A DNA stretch of 61,929 bases, counting the filler. It is 8 parts of 8 records of this genome, joined end to end, with 100 filler letters (N's around TTAATTAATTAA, not from the genome) between each part and the next. Parts side by side here need not be neighbours in the genome. Positions count along the whole stretch, not along the records: positions 47,161 to 56,460 come from SRR7504441_6211; positions 56,561 to 61,929 come from SRR7504441_6214; 6 more parts are not named here. One strand, written 5' to 3'. This document shows, one piece after another, positions 53,554 through 61,929 of this stretch (within the stretch, counting starts at the first letter, position 1; each line of letters begins with the position of its first letter). Made by a program: the position numbers and the translations under genes. The notes beneath the pieces are model-generated. The model worked only from the letters and a program-made list of their open reading frames with translations, made no database searches and was not told where the DNA came from.

Positions 53554-56391
53554 TCAGAGCCTGCTGCGGCCCAAGCTCAATTGGCCCATCTCGGCCTCGC
53601 CTGCCGGCCAGTCCCCCCCCCCCCGCCGCTACCCGCACCGAACGGTTGGTACTGTCCCGTGCCGGGGGCCAACCAATAGAGCGGGTCCTTGACTAGCGTC
53701 GGGTCGAACCCCTGTGCACGGCACGATTAATTCTAGATTAATTCAATAAATCGGGTCGAGCGCGTCACCTGCTTGCGAAGCTCGACTTTCTGGTGCTTGA
53801 ATGTCCCGGTCACCTGTCCGTTGGATTCCGTTGGAGTCTGTTGGACAGCCCGAGCGGCACCCACCTCCATCTGAGGGAGCACGCGGATCCAGAGAGGCCT
53901 CGCGTACCCTGGCAGCTCACTCGTCACGTGCTTGGACAGCCTGTGGGTATATCGTCAGTCTGAGCCTGCACAGTGTGGCACCCGGACCAGTCGACTGGGC
54001 TGCCCGGCTCCTGGAGCGTTATTGCTGCCATACACGCCCGCCCGTCCTGCCCCGGCACCTGCAGCACCGGTCAGCTCGGCCCAGGATGAGCACTCGATCA
54101 CACCTGGACGCCGTAGACGTTGGCCTCGAGCACGCCAGGGAAGCACGAGACGGCCTGCGAGACCTCCGTGGTCGACACATTCTCCCCTTTCCAGCTGCGG
54201 CCGAGTGAGCTCCCCGATGCAGTGAGGCTCGGGGCACACCGGAACGTGTCGCCAATCCGATCGACAAAGTAGTAGTAACCTGCACACGATTCAGTGGCGC
54301 CACTCGGACTAGAGCGCTCACCGGCCGAGTTGCGCATCAGCAAGTCGCCGGTCCGGAAGTACATGTCGCCTGGCCGTGGCTCGTAATCCGGCTGTTGGGC
54401 GCGGATTGATGCCTTGCTGCCGCACGTTCCGGAGGATTTTGGATTCGGTGGACTTGGCGTCTGTATACCTACCCCGCGCTACCCACACGGCCATTGTTAT
54501 TATTATTGTTATTATTATTATTATTATTATTTGCTATTAAATAGCAATTATTATTATTATTATTATTATCACCCGGCGAAGCGAGTCTCTGGCCGAGTGT
54601 TGTCGATCTTGCCGAGCAGCTCGCCCGGCTCGCCGTCGTCGCACTCAACACACAGCCCTGCCCCTCCCGTCCCCCCCCGGCCAACGGAAACCTACCGTTG
54701 GATCCTCGAACAGGCGCCTCCGACTCGACATCGAACCTCGCAATGAACGCTCCGGTCACCTTCTTCACGAGCCAACCCATCCGGCCGACCTGCCCGCCGG
54801 CTAATTATAGCACAGTCGCCGCCCACCGCCCCGCGGGCCTCCTCGCTCCGGCAGTGGTTGATCAGCCCAACGTTGCCTTCCGTGGCACCTGCACTCGAAA
54901 TAATCAATAATAAATAATAATAAAAGCCGCGACCGTAGAACTCTCCGACCTCGGGCACCCCGAACCGTTGCTGAAACTCGGCCCAGATCTCCGGCCGCAG
55001 ACCTGTCCGTTGTAATCCGTTGGAATCCGTTGGGCCGGGCACCGTTTCCTATTGCAATCCGGACGCAATGCGCCTTCTCTGCTGCGTTCGGAGGCCCAGC
55101 AAGCAGGTAGCTGGACCGGCTCAGTCCGTTGTCCAACGGAAATCCGTTACCGGCAGAGCTCGCCGATGTATTGGATCACGGTGGCGCCGGTCTCGACCAC
55201 TTCGGGCCAGAAACTTGTGGCTGAGAACTTGCGACGGATCACGTAACTGCCGCCCGGCTCGCTCGGCACCATGCACAGGCCCGGACCTGGCGCCGTGCAG
55301 CATCGCCATCCCGATCCCGAGCGACCCACCTGGTCCCGCCCGATCTATTTTTAGCCTAATATGCCGTTACCAGCCGTGTGGTAGAGCGGGAGCCCGGAGC
55401 CGTAAATCACGTCGGTCGGTTTGATACCGAAGGCAGACCCAAAGGAGGCGCCCGTGATGTACATCTTGGCATGAGTGATTACTGCCGCCTTCGGGAGCCC
55501 TGCAGCCACACACTCGCCGAGCCCCCGGGGTTGGCACCAGTAGTCCCCGAGGTATAAATAAACCCGAAAGTGTCTCCCATCCTCACGCCTTCGACCAGCG
55601 ACTCATCGACCGGAGTACTCTCGCAGCGCAAGATCTCAGGATCGACGCTCGGAATCGCCGCGCTCTGACTCGCCTGTCGCCGCTCTGCTCGGCTCGGGGC
55701 CCGGCCGCACCCCGGCGTAGCAGACGGGCCTGACCCCTAGCTCCGACAGCTCGGTGAGCACATGTTCCGCCGGTTCGATGAGCGTGGGGCCGACCAGGAG
55801 GATCTTGGCGCCCGAGGCTTTGACGCAGTGCATCAGGCCCCGCCCCCGTATGTTGGTGTTGATCATAGCCACCTGCCCCAACCCTCCCGCCCGCCCCGGC
55901 AGGAGCCCGGCACTACCTGCACTGCCAGCTTGGCCAGCCCCAACCAGCAGCTGACGTACTCCGGCAGATTCTCGCAGAAGAGCGCCACGACGTCCCCCTG
56001 CCCCCAGCTCCAGCCCTGGCCCCGAGGGGGGGGGGGGCGCCTTGCGCAGCCCGCAGCTGAGGGCCCAGCGCGCCACCCGGCAGGCGTGCGCCTCTACTTG
56101 GCGGTATGATAGGCTCCGGCCTTCGAAGACGAGCAACGGACTTGCCGCGTGGGCCGGGAGCAGCTCCCGCCACACCCGCGCCATGGAGTACCCTCGCCGG
56201 TCGCCGCAGAGCGCTTTGAACCGCCGGCTGAACCTGTGGACTGGAGGTTAGCGGGCGGGTGGGGGCGGGGGGGGGGACGGGGCGAGTTTGAGCGCGGTGT
56301 CGATGTCGGCCCGGAGGTTGAGCTGGGCCTCGAGCAGGTAGCCCACCCCCGCCACCGCCCCGGCCGCCACACCAGCAGTGACCGGATCCAT
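53554..56391 (-). CDS. Fatty-acid transport protein / very-long-chain acyl-CoA synthetase (SLC27/FATP), highly intron-rich
   Basis: [86 protein letters not shown] reconstructed across more than 15 short introns. Confidence 0.9.
54493..54570. repeat. (ATT)n microsatellite inside a FATP intron (54469-54572)
   Basis: Two ATT tracts flanking the inverted repeat TTGCTATT-A-AATAGCAA. Confidence 0.9.
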
Positions 56392-56460
56392 GCTGTCACA
56401 CCTGTCGATCTGCCCCAGTGTTCCGTTGAAATCTGAGGGGCATGCTGACGGCGGCGGTGA

Positions 56461-56560
56461 NNNNNNNNNNNNNNNNNNNNNNNNNNNNNNNNNNNNNNNN
56501 NNNNTTAATTAATTAANNNNNNNNNNNNNNNNNNNNNNNNNNNNNNNNNNNNNNNNNNNN
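56461..56560. other. Artificial contig linker
   Basis: 44 N + TTAATTAATTAA + 44 N. Confidence 0.99.
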
Positions 56561-56860
56561 AGCAGTGTAGACAAAGTAAGGACGAGCAACTACGCCTGAG
56601 CGGAGGCACCCAAATACCGTACTAGCTATACGTGGTATAGTGGTACTCCCACCAAAGAGGGCAGAGCCCCGAATGACGGGGACAGCCGAGGCACAACCCC
56701 CCCCACACTCGTTGCTCCCCTCGCACCAGCAGAGCTGCCGCCTCAAAGGTGCAACTGCCATGTGATACACGACCCGTTCGTACATGTAACCAGCTGGCCA
56801 CAGGCCGGAAGAAGGCGCGCTCCGAGGTCAAGCTGTGTTCTAACGACACTCGGGCTCACG

Positions 56861-58082
56861 ATGCAGTGCAGCGAATGTGGAGCAGCGTTCAGCACGCCAC
56901 TGGTCCGGCGTCGGCACCAACTGGGCTGCCGCGGGCTGCTGAGCCCGGTGCTCAACGCCTGGGAGGCTGCCCCACGCGCCGCACCAGGCCAGCCGCTTTG
57001 GGTGGGCAGCATATCGCGCGGGGACTGGGAGCTGTCGCTGGACCAAGATGCGGTGCTGCTGACGCTGATAGGAGCTATCCAGGCAGCTCGGCAGCTGCCC
57101 GAGACAGTGAGGGGGCGCAGGTGGACTGGATCCGGCCGGCAACTACACAGCGGCTGGTTGATTCGATCATTCAGCTGGTGCGCTCGGCCGCGCCCGAGGC
57201 TCTGGATGCGGCTGTCGGGCGGTGGGCGAGCAGCGGACGGGTGAGCGATGACCAGTGGGGGCTGGCTAAGGAACTGCTGCTCGCCAGCATGCTACTGGAC
57301 GCCAAGATCGAGCCAGGTCGGCTTGTTCAACTGATAGATCCGGGCCGCGCCCCTCCTCGCGCCGAGTGGCGCCAGACGCTTAAGCTGCCCCTGCCGCGAC
57401 CAGAACGATGGCGGGCGGCGCCGAATCGACTACCAGCGCGGACGCCCGGGCTGGAGGCGCTGGTGCGTGCTCGCCCGGCTTATTCGGTCGGGTGGGGCTC
57501 TGTGTTGGGGTGCGCTGCCCTGAGGCCGAGGGCTGATAGGGGCTGGAAAGGTACGTGGTGCAGAGCACGCTGCACTTTGGGGAGGCGCTCAACCAGGAGG
57601 GTGTGCGGGCACTGGCTGCCTACCTGGCCGAGCGGGCGGGCGGTAGCACGGTGCTCGAGGTGGGGGCGGGCGATGGCAGGCTGGCAGGCTTGATAAACCA
57701 AACAGGGCTGGCCTGTGTGCGAGCCACCGAGCTTGAGCCGCCGGCTGGGGCGGATCTGTGGCCGGTGGAATCCATCAGGGATGACGCAGCGATCATCAAG
57801 TATAGACCCAAGGTGGTGTTGTGTGCGTGGATGAGTATCGGGGAGGATTGGACACCGCGCTGGCGGGAACTGGGTGTGGAGGAGTATGTGCTAATCGGCA
57901 ACCTTAGCGGCAAGACGAATGGCTACAGCTTGGACCGTGATCACTCGCCGTACCAGCGGTGCATGTTGGACTTGATCTCACGTGAGCTGATCGGATTGCA
58001 AGACGGGATTACACCTAAGATAGATTCGGGTTGCTCAGCAACATGTGCAGCCGCCTTTCGTCGACATGTTTGCAATAATTAA
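56861..58082 (+). CDS. Multi-exon protein with N-terminal zinc-finger-like motif and C-terminal SAM-methyltransferase-like domain
   Basis: CSECGAAF..RHQLGC; VLEVGAGDGRLA; VVLCAWM..DWT..EYVLIG. Confidence 0.6.
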
Positions 58083-58162
58083 ATCTTGGAAAGTTTTAAT
58101 TTGTCGCCACTTAGATAGCTACTAAGCGTGTGTCCTTGACTTAATTCTCATGTGCGTCAACA

Positions 58163-59325
58163 CTATCGCGACAAGTCCTCAATGTAATTATCTCCGCAGA
58201 CTGCTTGGCAAGGACTCGGATACTTGAGCTCCGATGGGATCGGACAAGTAAAGTAATTTTGGGTCAGATCACACTTGCGGTCCTCCTCCGTTCCGTTCAG
58301 CTTGCCCAACACGGCGCCGAGCTCCGCCGGCAGCGTGGTGAACTTGTTTCTTGAAAGATCGATATACTCTAAATTTGTCAGCTTAGCAAACTCCTGGGGA
58401 ACACTCCCGCTGGCAAACAACGGGTGATGCGCGCAGGCTTAGGGGGCGCACCGCAGCCGGTTCTGGGAGACTTCAAGTTGACGGAGCTCGGAGCCGGCAA
58501 AATCGGAAGGTACAGTCTATGAGGCACTTAGTTGGGCCAGGCCGGGCCAAGCCACCCCAGAGAAGAAGTTCTGGTTAAGCCAGACATAAGACAGATTGGC
58601 CGCAAAGGCGAGCGAGGGCAGTGTCCCGGAGATTTGGTTTCGGTCTAGTCGGAGTGTGATGAGATTTGTGAGCTCAGACATGTCAGGTGGAAGTGTCCCG
58701 GCCAACTTCTCATTCGGTAGACTGAGGCTGGTAACCCGACCCCTGTGCCCGGCTCGGCGCCCGGGACCGGCAGGCGCACACCATGGGTCGCAGGTCACCC
58801 CATAAAAATAACTGCAAAAGGGCTTCTTGTCCTCCGTCCAAGCAAAAGTGCCTTCTTGGCATCCTTTGCAGCCACCGCCCATCGCCTGTGCCCGGGCTCG
58901 CTCGGTTGGGCCATGGCTCCCACCTTCAAGAATGCTAGCAGCGCCGCCTTCTGTTTGGGGTACTCCCGAGCCCTATTGCACCCGTTGGGCACCGAGCATA
59001 CAAATCCCTTTGGCGTCGGTGCTCCGGTCAGCTTAAATGACGTTGGCGCCGCGGTAGGTACTAAGGTCCCATTTCCCACCGGTCCGGCGCTAGCCTCGGC
59101 GGTCGGGGCGCCGGTCGGGGCCCCGGTTTTGTTGCCGTCGGCGAGATCCTCGCCCAGCAACCCGAGGGGCCAACTGGCTCGGGGCCTGGTCCGGATGAGC
59201 GATGGCTCGTCCCATCGGTCCCCCGGACTGGACGCCCTCCATCCCCCCGGACGCGGCAGCCCAGCCACGCAGGCCCACAGCAGCGTGACGCTGACTGCGG
59301 CCCCCCACCCGGGGCTGGGCGACAT
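58163..59325 (-). CDS. Secreted leucine-rich-repeat protein with Pro/Thr-rich stalk, multi-exon
   Basis: Signal peptide; APT repeats; C...GVTC cap; LxLxxNxLxGxLP repeats; NYFTCPIP. Confidence 0.8.
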
Positions 59326-59485
59326 CGCGAGGAGCGTCGCTGAAAGATCAATCTTTTCTCTGATTCATTGCTTTTCATTCAATTCATTGCAGAAATAAAA
59401 AACACGGCAAAATTCAGCCAACGTCATTTTCAGCCAACGGAAGGCCAATCTTCAGTTGTAGCGTCCGTCCTCATACACACACATC

Positions 59486-60544
59486 ATGGCCAAGACTAGC
59501 ACAGGTGAGCTAACCGGCCTCCCCTTCAGTACCCGGGCAGCCCCGGCGCCGGCCGCTCCGCCTCGTCTTCCCTCGCTCCCCGAGCTAACCCGGTGGTCTG
59601 TGCTGCAGCTGAGCTCGAGGCTTCCCTCGCAGAACGCGTGAGCCGCCAGTCCCCCCCCAGCCGTCTGACCGCCCCCGGCTGCAGGCCTACCGGTACAACA
59701 TGCCGTACGGCTACGGCTACGGACACCCGTCCGCCGCCGCCGTGGTCCCCTACGGCGCCGGCCCAGTGGCCCCGGTCGCCCCGCACGTGTACCACTCCGG
59801 GCGTGTTGCCGAGGACCTCCGCGCCGAGGAGACCTACCTCGAGTCCCGGTGCGCCCTCTAGCATGCCAACCCGCCGGCCCCATGCCCCGATCAACCCCCC
59901 CCCCCTCGCTTCTGAAGATATGGGCCGCAGTCGCAAGCTGACCGAGGAGCTTCGCAAGGCGGAGACCAACGAGGCCGCCGCTGTCGACAAGCGGTACAAC
60001 GACGAGCGGATCGCCGAGATGCGCATCGCCGAGGCCACCGAGCAGAGCCGGTCAGCTGTCAGATCGGGGTTGGTTGGTTGACCGGTGGGCAGCCGCGCCG
60101 CCACTGCCGAGGCCATCGCTGCCCGGGCAACTGAGGAGCTTCGTCTGCGCGAGGCCGAGGCCAAGGCCTCGAACGCCGCCGCCGCCGAGGCTAAGGCCCT
60201 CTGCGAGCGTGCCGCCGAGGCTGACCGTCGCGCCACCGAGGCCCGTAACAACGAGGTGTGTCCCGCGTCAACCTTCCGCTTGTTAAGCTTGTGGGTAGGT
60301 CCAGGCCGCGAACGAGAAGTCGCGCTCGGCTCGCGAGAGCGAGTCGGTTCTGGCCAAGTCTGTCGCCGACAACGAGGCCGCCGCCGCCGCTCTGGCAAAT
60401 GTGGAGAACGCTGCAGCAAACACCCCTCTGCCGGGTGCGTACTGCTCAGGGCCGTACGAGCGGGCGTACGGATACGCGGGTCAAGCTGGGGCGTACGGTG
60501 CACCGGCTCCCCCTGCAGCCTACGGCTACCGCTACGGCTATTAG
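59486..60544 (+). CDS. Ala/Glu/Arg coiled-coil protein with Tyr/Gly/Pro-rich ends (structural-protein-like), multi-exon
   Basis: Five GT-AG introns give MAKTSTAELEASLAERAYRYNMPYGYGYG...AEAKASNAAAAEAK...AYGYRYGY*; strong codon bias; not recovered by the ORF track. Confidence 0.7.
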
Positions 60545-60703
60545 ATCAAGATAACCCACTCAACAAATCGAATAGAAAGTGATGTGTGACGGTACACACC
60601 GAAAAAGCAAAAAAAAAACAAAAACAAAGATTAATAAACAAGGTGTGTCATATGTAACTCGAACTTTCTATTCTATTGCTATCTTTGAGTACGGTAGCTC
60701 GAA

Positions 60704-61929
60704 CTAACGACGCCACACCTTGGTTTTTCTCTTAAGTGCACGCCGTTTCATTGCTTTACTTGCGGCTTTACTCTCAGACTGATCCTCCCTTGAGCATTCG
60801 CCGTTCTCTTTTGTCGAAACTCCCCAAGCCAGCCATCCACCTGCCAGCCAGGTCAGCAGCCAGCGGCAGGGGCCCGTGCCTTGGCGCGCATTGCAGTCCG
60901 GCGGGTCTGACACTCGGCCTCTTGCTGAGCCTGCACGGTCGCTTGCAGCCAGCGCTGCAACATTGCCCGGTTCTCCCAAACGAGCCAATGACTGCCCCCA
61001 CACAGCTCAGCCCGAGCTGCAACAAGATCAAACCTGGCCGCCAGCGAGCTGATCCTACGCCGTTCCACTGCAGCACTGGCCTGCGCAGTCGCTGCCAATC
61101 GACAGCTCAGTCAGCTCACGTTGCTAGATTCAGGCACCCCACACGTCTTTCCACTGAGCAAACTGTTGCTGCAGCCTCGCTCGCTGGTGCCGCCGCTGGC
61201 AGCTGTCGACCAGCGCCCGGACCAGCCGCAGCTGGTGCCCCCAGTGTGCCCAGCCACCCTTGAGCCGGGCCCTTGCGAAGGCGTCCGCCCAGTGCGCCGC
61301 CCTCAGCCCAATCTGCTCACAGCACGCACCGGCCATCGCTGCCACATCCGCTCAGCCGCCCGCCCAAGTGCCCGCAGCCATACCGCTAAAGTGCCGACGG
61401 AGAATGGCCTCTCGCGCGTGCCCAGCCGCCCTCCCCTCTCCGAGCTCCGACCGTGCCCGTGCCATCAGCCACATCCTCCAGCCCACCATCCGTACTGCGC
61501 TAAACCCGCGCGCGAGCATCCCCGGGCGCCGATCGAGCCACATCGCCTGCGCGGCCTGCCTACCAGCTCGCCCCCGCCAGCCGGCTGCCGGCTGTGCCTT
61601 CCTGGCAAGTTGGAGTCGCCGCTCTGTCTCAGCTGCTGCCAGCTTCTCCTGCTCCTCCTGCCCGCCGCTCGGTCCACCCGGCCGACTGGCGTGCCTTGAG
61701 CCGCTGGAGTTCGAGCTGGAGCTCGCGTTGCCGTTGCTCCTCGGCTTCTATGGCGGCCTGTTCCTGCCTGGCTCTCTCTTGTTGCTCAGCCTCTAACTTG
61801 ACTTTGCTCTTGAGTCTGCTAACCTCGAGCTCCATCGCCACAACCTGCGCGCGCTCCTCCTGCAGCCGCTGCGCCGCCGCCTCCCGCTCCCGCTCCCTGT
61901 CCAGCTCCGGCTCCGGCTCCGGCTCCGGC
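60704..61929 (-). CDS. 3' part of a spliced coiled-coil protein with (PE)n repeat
   Basis: PEPEPEPELDRERERE..., E/Q/R-rich helices, several short introns; exon model incomplete. Confidence 0.5.

Noticed and set aside
54469-54780. Poly-Asn / poly-Tyr ORFs
   Set aside because: Translations of an intronic (ATT)n microsatellite in the FATP gene
22134-56560. Seven identical TTAATTAATTAA palindromes flanked by N runs
   Set aside because: Artificial six-frame-stop linkers used to concatenate contigs; ORFs containing X or ending LIN are artefacts
320-61841. Numerous overlapping antisense and alternate-frame ORFs in the track
   Set aside because: Expected shadow ORFs in GC-rich coding DNA; Arg/Pro/Gly-rich with no motifs

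Overview
Eukaryotic (protist-like), GC-rich, very gene-dense DNA. It is eight separate contigs joined by seven artificial 100-bp linkers (44 N + TTAATTAATTAA + 44 N), so adjacency across linkers has no biological meaning. Most genes are interrupted by short (~35-60 nt) spliceosomal introns, so the ORF track fragments them; I rebuilt exons by hand. About 37 genes are present, mostly in tight head-to-head pairs. They include housekeeping genes (MCM3, PLAA/Doa1, NDUFA12, FATP/SLC27, a Chibby-like protein, an eIF2-alpha-type kinase) and many secreted CAZymes, including two chimeric enzymes (sialate O-acetylesterase+GH27; GH95-like+GH54). Most notable observations: (1) a single ORF fusing an H2A-like fold, an H2B-like fold and a HET/TIR-like domain with an intact WCxxE motif; (2) a family of near-identical, minisatellite-built introner-like introns making up 7 of 9 introns of one GH2 beta-mannosidase gene, plus a second unrelated repeat-intron family confined to the FATP gene; (3) several introns that carry copies of their flanking exon; (4) frequent GC-AG introns; (5) a TAC-NN-GTA octamer seen only outside coding sequence; (6) a MORC-like GHKL ATPase with a natural catalytic Glu-to-Gln change. 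No rRNA, tRNA or CRISPR was recognised. All product calls come from motif recognition by eye, not from database searches.
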